DNA of 64,000 bases from positions 1,303,690 to 1,367,689 of the forward strand of contig MU058384.1 in the NCBI GenBank assembly GCA_013265495.1, in the 5' to 3' direction. Origin of the DNA: Vicugna vicugna (lineage: Eukaryota). The notes under the pieces are model-generated. The model was given only the letters and a program-made list of their open reading frames with translations. It had not been told where the DNA came from and did not search any database. The translations under genes were made by a program, and so were the position numbers. Positions 26,217 to 40,065 of the stretch are shown here, one piece after another (within the stretch, counting starts at the first letter, position 1; each line of letters opens with the position of its first letter).

Positions 26217-29200
26217 GCTTAACATATTTTTGAACTTCGAATTTTTAAGTAGTAGATTTTTAAAAGAATGAAGGTGATCAATATATACATGTAAAGGCTT
26301 AAACTCAGTCCTTTTTCAGCAAGTATACATGCTGAGATTCATCTTTTAATATATTTATTCCTGGTATAAAAGTGAGTATACTGGGCCAGACATTCAAATG
26401 CAAACTTGTAGGGTAGTCCAAGCTCTACATTGATTAGCCCTAGAATTCTGGCTGGTCCATAACAATTCAGAACCAAGTTTCTTCAATGAAATGGGTATAA
26501 TTTTACCTACCCTGCTCATCTCACAAAAAGATAGAAGTATCATATAATTTTAAGTGTTATAAGTAGAAATTCTGAGCCAAATACCAAACAGATGATCTTA
26601 ATGAGATATATCACATTGGGCAAATACTCTCATCTATTTGAACCTCAGTTATGAGACAGCAAAAACAATAATAATAGTGTCAGAGATGTGCATGGCCCTA
26701 ACTACATGCCAGGCATTGTAGTATGTGCATCAAATAAATTAATCCTTTAAATCCCCAAAATGCATATAAAAGCTCTATCTCCATTGCCTAGTAGATTCCC
26801 AGGTACATATTAAGCATTTTGTTCAATGATTGTTGGGTAAATAAAATGAAAACAAAATGTTGGAAGTGTAAGATTTTTAGCATCATTTCTGTGTAGGTGA
26901 ACATAGGTACATTTTCTTAATACAAGAAAGGTAGAAAGTCTGAAAAAAAGAGTAAAATCTCTGTACAGGTAAAATGAATGTGAAAGGGTGTGTTGTTTCC
27001 AATTTTCTTTAAAAAATGATTTAAGAACAAAAATATGTGGAAAGAAATAGAAAAAAGTCTACTGATAAATATGTAGAACAGTCCATGCTATTAAAATTTC
27101 CTATTAAATTTAACCTTAAAAATAAAACAAAAGCTTTACATATGCTTGTAGGAGCCTTCCGGTTAAAGGCTCCATTCTAACTTTATTTAGTGGTGTCTGG
27201 TTGCTAATTAGTTAAAGACACTCTGGGAGTCATTCACAGCTGTGGCTCTGTACATTCAGGAAAGGGCAGTTAACTGGAGGGCAAATTATACACTTACAAC
27301 CTAGGGAGAACCATGATCCATTTTCAGGATTTAACATCAAGAACAGCAAGAAGGAATAATTATACTGAAATAAGCGCACACACATAAACGACAGAGATAA
27401 TTTTAAAACATTTAATGGTAGTGAAGAGTAAATTATTTAACTCTAACCAGGGATAAGAGCATTTTGGTAGCTATCACTTAACTGCAGTAAATCTGCTGAA
27501 GTTTGCATTTCCTGGCTGCTGGCTCTGTTTACTTAAAGTAATTCTGAATGCTCTGCTAGAAAGGATTTCAGCAGTGCTGCCAAATTTTCACTAGATTAAA
27601 AATGTGCACTGCTGATAATATTTTTATAAACACTGTACACAGAAGAAGAGCCATGTTCTTTAGATATCAATTTGCTGCTCTCCTACAGCCAGTCTTTTTG
27701 AAGGTCTTCTCATTCGGTAGCATCTGTTTAATGTGGTTATTTCTGATGAAATGTACTAGAAAACTTACATCAAAGTCCCCTTATGGGTTAACTGTTGAAG
27801 TAAATGTCTCTCACTAACTGGTAAAGTCATAGGACAATTTGTCAATGGGAATATTGGAATGTCTAAATATTTGTTAGGAAAGTGTCCATGAAGCAAAGTC
27901 TTTCAACTCCAGAAAAGTAACAAATGATATGATGTCAAATGTAACTTGTAGAAAAGTACTCGGGTTAAATATATCTTCCCTTAACCCTAACGCTCAGATA
28001 GAAGTTGCTTTCAGTTTTATTACACTCATAGTTAAGGAATTCTTAGGCTTTCCATTACCCCTTACATTTATCCTGGAATATAAAAACCACAGGAGTTTTA
28101 TTAAAACAGAGTTTGCTCACAATAGGTTTCATGAGTGGCAGAAGTTTAAAATAAAAATTTAGGAGTCAGCAAAAATTAATGGCTGGAGCAAGAGGGAAGT
28201 CAAGTTGTTAGAAAAGAAAAGCTTTGACTAAGGAGTAGCATGTTAAAGATAGGAATAGAGAATGCATAGTAAGAAACAGAAATATATTTCTACCAAGTCG
28301 AAGGCAAGAGAAAATCAAGTAAGAAGGTCAAACACAAGAGGCAAAAAAGAAAGATCTGGAGGAAAATCATAAAAATATGGAAATATGGAAATATTTATAA
28401 CTCTACCCTGGTTACTCTACCTCTGGACCTCTTCCTTTGGATTACTTAAAATCACTTTCAAGCTAAAGTTTCTGTACCCCAAAGGATACCTTGGGCCTTG
28501 GCACCAATAAATGTCAATCTATCTGGATCACAAATCTTGCTTAGAGACTGGGGTAGAGGAGTTTAACATTATTTAAGTTTTAAGTTTTAAAAATAAATAC
28601 AGACTAATGTCATGCAGAGCAAATTTACATGATTTTTTTTTAAAACAAAATAAATTCAGACTTGCAAGGTTTTACTTTATGCTTTGGCCCAGTCACCTGT
28701 CTTCATCCCCCCACTGCCTCTAGTTAGGGGCACCTTGAGCAGTACAGGTAATTAAATTCCAGCCACTGAAAAGGGAATGAGGTTTTACAGTAATTTTAAG
28801 AAGGGCTTCTTAATTCTTCCCAGGTACTTAGACTTCCTTTGGTAGCAGCTACCAGGTTTTTACTGGGACATCATTAGGGTGTATCAGGCATGGCCTTTTG
28901 ACTTTCAGCAAAGATAACTGAGAAGGATAGTCATGCCTTTATTCGTATATATATATATATGATACACTCAAACACAGAGTGAAACATATTTAGAAAACTG
29001 ACAAATTATTTCCATTTTTCTAAATATGAAGGTTGAGATACAACAGAGCAAGTGCTAAAAATCAATTCAGGGTGGCAATATTTTAAATGATAGTTTTCTT
29101 TCAAATTTAATGTATTAGAAGTTATCCTTATTGAACCTAAGATGGTGGAATACAGGATGCTGATAGCAGAAGTAACCTAATTCCAACCCAATCTTATCAC

Positions 29201-31756
29201 TACCATTAATTCCTTTTTTGTGAAGGCTAAGCAATACCCTTGGATCTCTAATTACATCAAGATTGGGGTTCAAGCATGCTTATTTGACTGGAAGGAATCT
29301 AAAAGAACCCAAATGCCCAGTATGGAAGTTGAAGGAGAAGAGACTGATAGTTTCTATGAGGCTCCAAGGAAAAAATTCAACATGAAAAATGAGAGGGCCA
29401 ATGAACACTGAGTTAGATTCTGGAATGGGGACTGAGGATGGAAAAGGTGCAGGGTACAAACAGCTGCTGTAAGAACCCTGCCACCTCTATACCATATGAG
29501 GCCCATGAGGAGTAAAAGTGGGTATGGATGTAGATTAACAAAAGGAATAAAACTTTGAGGCCCATGTTCTACTGCAATGGAGACACTCTGAAGAGCCTCC
29601 CACAGCAGAGGGACAGGAAGCAACTGGAGGGTGAGCAGCAGCAGCACTACTCTGAGTAATGGCCCAAGCCAAGGACCTAGAATTCAGCCTTGAGTAGCAC
29701 ACCAAGTGATCAAAGCCTTATTAGACTTTAAGCTCGTGGGAAGAACCTGTAATGATTCATTTTCAAAGAGCTTGTACATAGTAGCTGTCAGATAAATATT
29801 TGTTTGAATTATGAGTGAGTGAAAAAATAAATGGATGACATTCTAATTACATGCAAAACTAAATATTGGGTAATGTGTTAAAAATAATGCTGTTCATTTT
29901 TAGCATCATATTTCTGATATTTACACTGACATTTACAAACTCTACATTCTGTGTTATCAATTACATATTGTCTTATCAATACATAATGTATTGATGAGAC
30001 ATATTCATTATCATTCTCCTACCTATAGATGTCCAGAAGGGTTTATATACATACAGCCACACATATATATATACCTTGCTATGCTATGCTATTCTATCAA
30101 GGCAGCATTTAATAGTGGTAGACAATCGAAAGACGAGTTTTAGTTCAGCTCTGCCAATTACTAGCAATATAACCTGGCTGTCATTTTACCTCTCTAAGCC
30201 TCTAACTTTTCTTATATAAGTGATTTAATTTCTAGATACATTGTGAGGCTTACATGACATGATGACTGAAAAAGCATAATGTGTTCAAAATAGATCTCAG
30301 TACTTTGTAGATCTTAAGCAACAAATATCCACAGAGTGGAAATTAATTGCATATTTTTTGTTTCTTATATCTCTTCCTTTTATTACTTTTCCCTCTCACT
30401 CCCTCCCTCTCTGCCTCTCTCTTTCTTCAACCTGCTGTTTAATGTACTGGAAAAAATACTGGACTAAAAGCCAAAAAACTTGTGTTCTAGAGTTTAACAG
30501 TTAAGTCACCTTGGGCAACATAGTGTTTACAAATCTCAGTTTCCTTTACTACATAATGAAAAAAAAAGATGTGAAAAATGCCATGGAAGCTATAAGTTTT
30601 TATTAATCTATAAGGTTTTTATTGGATTCAAGAAAAACAACATGAGGTCATTATGACTGCCATAGTTGTTCCAAATACTTTCCCTTGAGATCATGCTCTT
30701 GGCTTTGAGTATAATACAAACAAAATTTTTAAGGGGGACAGATTTTATTCCTTCAGCAAAATCTAAAATGGAAGTTTAGTTTTAAATATACAGGCACCCA
30801 CATGAAGCAACTCAATTAATAGAGCAAAGATTGGTAAGGTGGAGGTAAGTCATTAAAGTCATTAACTCAAGATTTCAGAGTCATTCTCATTAGCCTTTAT
30901 GTTTGGAGTGACTACACCTGGACACTGATACATGTTTACTGTTTATTATGGGAAGTAACAGAAATTTAGACCCTGAATAATAAATGTACCCTGAGACAGT
31001 CTGAGTTAAAACAGGAAGCTTTCCACATTACTCATATTACTCCATGGCTCAGAATCTTTCATACCTCTCATGTATTCTAGAAACAGGTAGACCTACTTGG
31101 CTAATGGTAAGAAAGCACCACCCTGGTTGAGCCCTACTTTCATACTGTCTCAGAAGTATTACAAATGCTTTCTTGCTCATTGCTGGTGCTGTGGGAAAAC
31201 AAAATCAAATAAAAATTAGAAAAGAGCTCCTAAAGTACTTTATTACTTAGTATATTTAATCTCATCAATAAAATCTGAAAATATGAGCTGTCAGATATGC
31301 AAATATTCAAGAATTGGCTAGTCTTTTGCTTAGCTCTTCATCATAAAATTTTTGCATGTTCTGGCAAAGATTGTCAAATCATCCTAGCTGAAAGAAAATT
31401 AATTTCCAGAAACTGCTATTTGCTATATTCTTCCAAAAGTCTGTCATTACCACCTGTACACATTAGCTAATTATCTCCTGTCTGTTGTTTAAATAAATGT
31501 ATTTTGTTTACAATTGTCTGTACCACTAAATAAGAGGTCTTTAAAAATAATTGATCATGAAAAACTTGAGTATGAAAAAATAATAAAACTTGCGGAAAGT
31601 AAGTGTAATCTAAGGGAAGGATGACAACTTAAAGAACTGTGCGGAAAAAGATGGAAGGGAAGGACAGGAGGGAAGATGTATTCATATATTATTCATTTAA
31701 TACACTCAACCATTTTTTAAAAAGGTGGGAATCAGACTCGCATACGAAATACATAT

Positions 31757-31780
31757 ATGTGTGTGTGTGTGTGTGTGTGT
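31757..31780 (+). repeat. (TG)n microsatellite
   Basis: About 11 tg units. Confidence 0.95.
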
Positions 31781-32616
31781 ATAATATTAGATTATAATTT
31801 TTTACCAGGTTATGACTAGTTAGGAGTTCTTTGAGGAAAAGAGCACATAGCATATATAATATTTTGAAGAAAAGTCCCGGATCTGGATTGACTGTAATAT
31901 GAGTAAGAAATAATTTTATTCTGTGAAGGTACTGAGATATTTTTTGTTGTTGTTTTTTATCTTTTTAAACACAGACAGAATTAAGTATCCTGGTGAATAC
32001 AATGATTAAATGCTTAATTCTTAAGGTAAAAAGCATAAGTGCTATAGAAGTTGTTAAAAGATGGAGATCTCTTAATATCTAAACAGGAGTCTATAGAGTT
32101 TTATTCCTTCACGTCTTGTTTTCAAATGAGTTGAAACAGTCAAGAGAAAAAAGCATGGAAGAGAAACAAATCAAGCTGGACTTTGGAGGTAAGCATGTTG
32201 TAGGTAAATAGCAAGATGGGTAATGATACATTATATTGTTTTTCTTAAAAAAAAACTTTGACAAATATAATGTCATTAATTTGAAAGGTGACACATATGC
32301 AAGTCTCAAACCTGGGAACTACACTAATTCTTTTGAGGTAGAGAAAAGGCAAGGTTTAGGAATAAAGAAGTTGGGTTAGGTAACCTTCTTGGATAGAAAC
32401 TTGACCTATGGGTTTTGGTGGGGATGTATCAGGCATTTCTCAGATGAACTATTCCAAATGATAGTTACAGTAGCACAATTTCTGAACCATCATGAATGTC
32501 CAACAACACAAAGAAAAATTCACTGCAGGCAGCTCTCTGAAAATATAAAATCTCTGCAATACTCAAATAATCATTTCCAATATTGACCATTTCTTGTCAA
32601 AATATAAAAATACCAT

Positions 32617-35600
32617 TTTAAGTAATCAACTTTATTGAAGTATTTCATAACAAAGTATATCAATTTTATGTGTACAATTTGATGAATTTTGTACCATTTA
32701 ATGCTCTCACTTGTAGCAAAAAAAGAGTTCTATACCCATGTCAACACTTGGTATTATCAATCTTTTAAAGTTTAACCAGTACAGTGGGTGAGTAATGGTA
32801 TTAATCTGGTTTTAATTTTAACATCTCAGGTGAATGCAGATGTTAAGAATCTTTTCATATGTTTACTAGCCATTCTTGTATTTTTCATTGCAAATTCTCT
32901 AAGTCTTTTGCACATTTTTTAAAAATTGAATTATTCCCATTATTTTTTCTTATTATATATATATATACATGTACACACACACACATATATATAGTCTATT
33001 AGATTAAATATTTTAACTGTAGAATTCCTATAAATGTTATTTATCACAGGAAGTTCTTCTCTAATCCTAGTTTGCTGAAAGTTGTGTTTTGTTTTTAAAC
33101 AGGTGACTGTTGAATTTTATTAATACTTTTTCAGTTTCTAGATGATCTAGAATTTTTTCCTTTATTCTTTTAATATGATTGATATTCAAATGTTGCATCA
33201 ACTTTGGATTCCTGCAATAAACTCCACATGGTAATAATATTTTATCCTTTTTATATGTTGCTGGTTTTGAAGATAAAGTTTTGTTATGTATAGTTTCATC
33301 TAAATTTATTAGGGATATTGATCTATATTTTTCCCTTCTGTAACATCCGGTTTTGGTTTTAGTGCCAGAGCAAAGCTGATCTCATAAAATGAACTGCAAT
33401 ATGTTTCCCACTTTTTTATTTTCTGAGAGTTCACATATGATTGGGAAATCTCCCCAGAGTGTTTAATAGAATTCACCAGCAAAGCTCTCTTGGCCTCTTT
33501 GGCTTTCTTTGAGAAAGATTTTAAACTACACAATTTTGTTAATAGATGTAGGATTATTTGAACTTTCTCTTTTTGTGTTAGCTTTCGTAATTCATATTTT
33601 TCAAGGAATTTGTCCATTTTGTTTCTCATTTGTCAAATGTATTGGGTTAAATCTATTCATAGTATTCCCTAATTTGCCTATTCGTGTATATAGGATTTGT
33701 AGTGGTGTCTCTCTCTTTCATTCCTGACATTAGTAACTTGTGTCCTCCCCTGACCTTTTCCTTCTTCAATCAGTCTAGCTAGAGATTAAATTAATTTCAT
33801 TGATTTTTTTTCAGAAAAAACATTTTGTTTTATTAATTTTCTCTATCATTTGTTTTCTATTTCATTTGTCTGTGTTCTTTATTTTTTCAACTTGAGATTA
33901 CTTTGTTCTTTTTGTAGTTTATTTAAGGTGGAATCATTTTTTTCTTATTTGAAACATCTTTTTTCTCTTCTATTGTTAGGATTTTAGGTATACATTTTTC
34001 TCTAAAGCTTCCTTTATCTCAAAAATTTTCATATATTGTACTTTGTTTATTATTGTGGTCAAAATATTTCCATTGTGATTTTTTTCTTTGTTCCTTCAGT
34101 TTTTTAGAATTATGTCATTTAATTTATAAATATTTGGAGTTTTCCAATTTTTAATTTTTTTTTAATATTTTACTGGTCTCAGGGGAAAAAATTATCTCAA
34201 TTCTTCTAAGTTTTGGGGATATGCTTTATGTTTCATCATTTTGGTAAATGTTCACTGTGCAATGGATGTAATGTGTATTCTGCTCTTGTTGGTTAAGTGT
34301 TCCACAAAAGTCAATTAGGTCAAGTTGGTTGATGGTGATGCTCATATACTCTCTACCCTTAATGATATTCTGCTTATTTTTCTATCCATATTTAGAGATG
34401 AGAGTTGAAATTTCCAATTACAACAATGAATTTTCGATTCCTTCCTTTAGTTTTATCAGTTAGTGTGCCATATAATTTGAAGTTCTGTTATGAGGTGAAT
34501 ATATGTATTATATTGACGTATTTTTTGATGAAATATGAAGAGCCCTCTTTATCTTTAATAGTCATGTCTAAAAACCCACATTTTCTGATATTAATAGTTA
34601 CTCTACCTTTCCTATAATTAGTATAAGCATGGTATATCTTTTCCCAAGTTTTACTTTTAACCTATCTTCATTCTATTTAAAGATTTGTTTCTTTAAGCAG
34701 CATATAGTTGAGTCTTGCTTTTTATCCAGTCTGACTATCTCTTTCTTTTAATTGGAGTACTTACCCTTTACATTATATATAATTAACACTATGGTTACCA
34801 TTCTGCAATGTTGTTTATTCTGTTCTTTGTTCTTTCTTTTCTCTTTCCTTGTCTTTATTGATTATGTAATTTTCAATTTTCCAGTTTGTTCCCACTGTTG
34901 AATTATTAGTTTATTTATTTTTCCCCCTCATAGCTGATCTAAAGTTTAAAATATGCATTATTTACTTCTCACAGTAAATATTACTTTCAAATGTTAGTAT
35001 AGCACTTATAATGTAAGGACCCTCTTCCATTCTATCCTTTCACTTTTTGCACTGTTTTTTAGGGCCTTCTTACCTCTACATTTTTTCCAAATCTCAAAAT
35101 AACTTTGTGTTTATTTTTGCTTCAATCATCTTTTAATTTGTTCTACCTGTGAAAAAATTCTTAATTTTTTTTCTGTGCACAGCATTTCTAGATTATATTT
35201 TTAAGGATTCAAGTTTCCACCTGGTACTATTTTCATTCTTCCTGACGAGCTAACTCAAACATTTTTTTGTAATACATATTTACTGGCAATAAATTTTGTC
35301 TATGTTTTTCTGTAACATCTTTAATTTTTCTTAAATTTTGAAAAAGAATTTCAATTTTTTTATTTTATAAATGTTCTTTTCCTGTTTTTTGATATGTGTT
35401 GCTTCTGATGTGACATCTTTATTCTCGTATATGTAATACAGTGCTTTCTCCTTTCAAGTTATTTTATCATTTTTTTCATCAATTTGATCATTATTCGTGG
35501 ATTCTTCTGCACTTTTTATGTACACAATCATGTGTAAAGATGAGTTTCACTTCTTACCTTACAATTCTTATGTATTTATCTTTTATCTCACCTTATAACA

Positions 35601-35685
35601 CTGGATAGGACCTCATTAAGATGTCGAATAGAATGGTAATAGTTCACATTCTTGTCTCATTTCTAATTTCTTAGGGAAAGGTTTG
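32617..35685 (-). mobile_element. Old fragmented LINE-1 (L1M) on the minus strand
   Basis: Minus ORF 33309-33629 (KMDKFLEKYELRKLTQKE) resembles ORF2p EMDKFLDTYTLPRLNQEE; T-rich antisense L1 motifs throughout (gtcaattaggtcaagttggttgatggtg; cagcatatagttgagtcttgc). Confidence 0.85.
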
Positions 35686-38600
35686 GATCAGGAGCCCACC
35701 CTAGTCCAAACTACATAACCCAAGAGACAGAGTCATGCGGTAAAGATATGGTCAACTTTCTGTAAGGAACAACCAAGGATATCTTTCTTTATTTAAAAAA
35801 AAAAACTAAGGATAATATTCTTATAATAGACTGTGGGCAATGCAGACATCTCAACTTACCCATTGATTATGATTATCTGTATTATAAGAAATGCACAGAG
35901 TAGTCATCCCATCCAATACCTTCACAAAATACTGTTTCCCCTTCAACTTATCTCACAATTTGACATGAAAGTTTCACTTGAGCACTTGCAGGGATAAGAA
36001 GGTACATTTTATTTTTGAGTATTTTGGTTAGAAAAATATTTATTAACTAATTCTGAAATGTGCGTGTGTCCTCTCTTATTCAAATATGTAGTTTCCTCTA
36101 GGCACTCATTCAACTACATGTATTACTTGCTCTTACACAACTTTGGTTGACTGAAAGAATCGGAGTCACAATGGTGTAAACCAAGTAGAATTTTAGGTCT
36201 CCCTCAAATAAATATCTGAGGGGGTGGCCCAAAGTTGGTATCATGTGCCAGAGTATCAGGAACTCAACTACTTATTTCTCATGTTTTCTCAAGCATGGCT
36301 TCAGTAGTCTAAATGGTAACATTTACAACCGAGGTGGTTTGGTTGGAGAACCGTTAACACTTCACACATGCTGTCTCATACGGAGGCTTCTCAGAGGCTG
36401 CCCCATGACATTTCTGCCTAGACCCCACTGGCCAAAACTTACTGCCTTGGCCATTCCTAATGACAAAGAAGCTTAGGAGATATTATAAGCATTCATTTGC
36501 TAGTACATCCCAGCTGGCAATCACTGCTTTTAACTCCAGTGTTCCACTGATATGGTAACAGATCTATTCTCTCTTTTCTTCTTTCTACTGTTTTCACTAT
36601 TTCTGTCACTGGTGACTAAGCCCTCTTTCTGCTCCGGCTGCTTAACACGCCTGGTGTCTACTGCTCCATGATTTCTGTTCACTGCCTTCTTTCTATATAG
36701 CCTATGTCTATCTTACTGCAACACATCTCCTTACATGCCTTAGATGGAAACTCTCTAAGAAAGTAGACTTTGATTGCTTTACATAATTAGCACGCAGTGG
36801 AGAATGCCCCCACTGGGCAGAGCTGTCAGGCTTGTTCATACCCAACTATGCTGGGCAGCCAGACAGGGTTACTTATAGTTTGAACTCAAATTTTTTCAGA
36901 CCATAAAAACTGCTTTTATATTCCACATGTACTACAAATGACATATTAAGAAGGACGTGTAGTATGAGTTTTGTTTAGTTTTCTAGACCACAGGTAATCT
37001 TCTTAATAGTTTTAGCAAAGAAAATTGAAAAGGGAAAGACACTAATTTCAGCCTGTTAAAAGTCACCAGCCAGATGTTGTAAAAAGAACCACTAATGAAA
37101 GGTCTCCCTGGAGACTTTAAAAGTTTCTTTATATTCAACCTAATGTTCTTAAAGAGAATATCACATTTCTTTGACATATAAGCCATTTCGAGTTAAATCA
37201 AAAGGTTTGAAAAATACCCTTCTCTGAATTGAAATCTAAGAGACTGGTTTTGAAGTTTACCTGCTTTCCTAAGAGGACTTTTACTTCTCTTTGCCATAAA
37301 CTGAGTAATTTTTCCCAATTTGACTCGATGCCATTCAACCTTTTTAATTAGATCTATAGTTGGATGTCCAGTTCAGGTGAAGCTGAGTCAACAGTCACAC
37401 TTTTTTAAGTTAGGGCATCATGAAGTAAGCGGTTAAACTAGAAGTGAATTTCAAAGGCAAAATAAATATTCTTTTTCGGAAATCAGGAAGAGAAGAAAGA
37501 CAAAGAAATTACAGATTTTAATTGCTAGGCTTAACAAAATTCAGTTGTCAGTTGTTTTCTATGTACTTGATTCAAGGAATAATTTATGGATATAATCTAG
37601 GGGAAATAAAATTTAAGGAGAAGCAATATATTCAGCTTGTTTTAAATAGATCTGGCATAGTTGCAACCTTATCTCCACAAGTAACTCAACATTTTCCTTT
37701 TCCAGTTTTTTCTAAAACCAACTAATTTGCAGTTAGTTTTCTTTCTGAACTATTGCCTGTAAAAACTCACTTCCTGGTTATTCATAGCAAAATGATTCCT
37801 TTCCCTACCCCCATCTGATTCTGATGTGATGAGGTAACTTTGAACAGTTGTGTGCATAACTCATTTTCTTCACTGCTGGGAAAACATGAGTTGCTTGGGG
37901 GGAAGGGGACTTTTTAAAAAATTCAACACTCAGTATGCTGCAAGTTCGTATGTTAAAGGAAAGGACACAAAATTTAAATTTTCTTTCTCCTGTTCACCTT
38001 CACTTCACAGAAAAGGAGGATATTCAGCTAATTGCTATAGTAAACATCACTTAGAAGACTGATTTATTCATATAGAAATTCGGAGGAAACAATGTTGGAG
38101 AGACTATAATTATTAAGAAAACTACAAAGGCAGTAGTGCTGCAGGAGATAGAGAATCTGAAGCTGAAATCAGAGAAACAGCCAACTTTAGTGAGAACATC
38201 TGACAGAGAATAAGTACAGTTCTGTGACTTTTACATATAGGTAGGAGGGTTCTGCTAGCATGTTGAAAATAATCTTTCCTGGTTCCCATGTTGTTCCTTT
38301 TCCTGGACCCTAAAATGAGCTGAGCCATAGGGGAAAAAATGACAGTAATTAGGATATTCAATAGGAATGACCGTAGCTGCCAACTCCCACAGGGAAGACA
38401 GCAAATGCCGGGACAAAAGCAGGAAAGTGCCATGGGCCTATGAACACTAAATTGACACTTCCGTGCTAGGCCTCTGCTGATCTCGTTGGGAGAAAAATCA
38501 TTGAGAACCCAGGAAAGTGTTGTACACGTTCATGTCCGTGTCTGCCACTGCGAACACTTACCTTGCTGCCTGTGAACCATTAGCCTTCCTATCCTTCTTA

Positions 38601-39769
38601 CCTTACATTTCTGTCCTGTCACCCTCCTGATTCCTTATTTCACTCTGGCGTTTTTCTCTGCTTCACTGACTGTTCTTCTAGTCTTTTTTATGTATCTCAT
38701 TATCTTAGGTTTTCCATCTTACCTGTGTACTTTGTGCCCCATAAATGTTTCAATGCTTACAAGTAATACGAGGAGGAGAATCCTCAGATCAAGGAGTCTG
38801 ATTCCGTATCTCTCCTCTCCCCTGACTAAATGGCACGTGCAATGCCCCCTAACAGAAGGGTGACCCCAGGCAGCTGCATCTAAGGGCTCCACTTTTACAT
38901 ACATTCCAAAAAAATTAAGTTGAAAGAGAGATTAAAAATACATATATGTGTATCAGAAAGGATCAAAAGAAAGTTAACTATTGGCTTGTCTTCCTCTAAA
39001 GAAAAAAAAAAAGCAGAAAGAAATATATCCACTGGAGTCATTTAGCCTAATGGAACAACTGCACCTCATTTAAACTCAGCAATCAACAACACAAAAACTC
39101 TAGCAAAAGCTTCAAGGATGGTGTAAATTTATGTTACAGAATAATTGCTATTTCTGTTCTCAAAAAATTTTAAGTTTACTTTGCAATTCCAAATGTTCAA
39201 ATTTGGGTTTGGGATATTACATGCTAATAAACTTCATACAAAATGTTTACAACTTCAATACTGCAGGCCTTTCCATTAGCTTATTGGAACACTGTCATGA
39301 TACACATGTATTTATTGCTAGTTATTGTTCAACTCTCGTTTAAGAGAATTTTCCATAGCTTTGTCTCCCTTATATAACTTTCTACCTCTGTATGGTTTAC
39401 TTTGCCAAGAAGCAACATGGTAATTACAGCCAGAGAAGCTAAAATAAAAGTTATGTTGGGCCAAAATATCCCCAAGCCTCTTTTTTTTTTTTCTTAACAA
39501 AATATTGCCAGTACACCTGCCAAGGAGTTTGTGAAGAAAAGATGGCAAAAGGGGGTAAAAATAAACATGTGGGACTTAAGACTGGGGCATAACCTCAGTG
39601 GAGCGAACTTTTATTCACATTTGTATTGTAAAATTTCTCTTGGAACCTCAGTGGTCAGGATTCTACATGTTAAGAGTACATCCAAAATGCAAACAGATGA
39701 ACATTACCAGAGTCATAGGAAAACAAAATCAGAGCTTTGACAGTGTCAGAAGTCCTCCTATTAAAATCA

Positions 39770-40065
39770 CAGTCCCTAATTGTGTTTCTAAAACCAGTAT
39801 GTGTGCCACAAGTGTAACTTGTAAGTATTTTGGGGGGAAGGGAAGCATTTCACAGACAAAAGGATTTTGGAAACACTGGGTTAAACAGATATCTCTATTG
39901 TAGGACTCCTGTCTACCTTTAATATGTAAATCTATTATGAATTACCAAAAGAGTGTGGAAAAATGCAACTTTTTCCAAACTAATTGGACTGTAAAACTCT
40001 TTGATCACAGAAAACATATTAACATTGCCCAAAACAGTAGTGTCCAACAGTTTGGAAAGTACTGT
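39770..40065. mobile_element. Possible ancient hAT-Charlie-type MITE remnant
   Basis: ttttggaaacactgggttaaaca and terminal cagtttggaaagtactg resemble Charlie-family ends; family not resolved. Confidence 0.4.

Noticed and set aside
27151..27173. Hairpin ggagcctt..aaggctcc as histone stem-loop or miRNA
   Set aside because: Does not match the GGCTCTTTTCAGAGCC geometry and is too short for a pre-miRNA.
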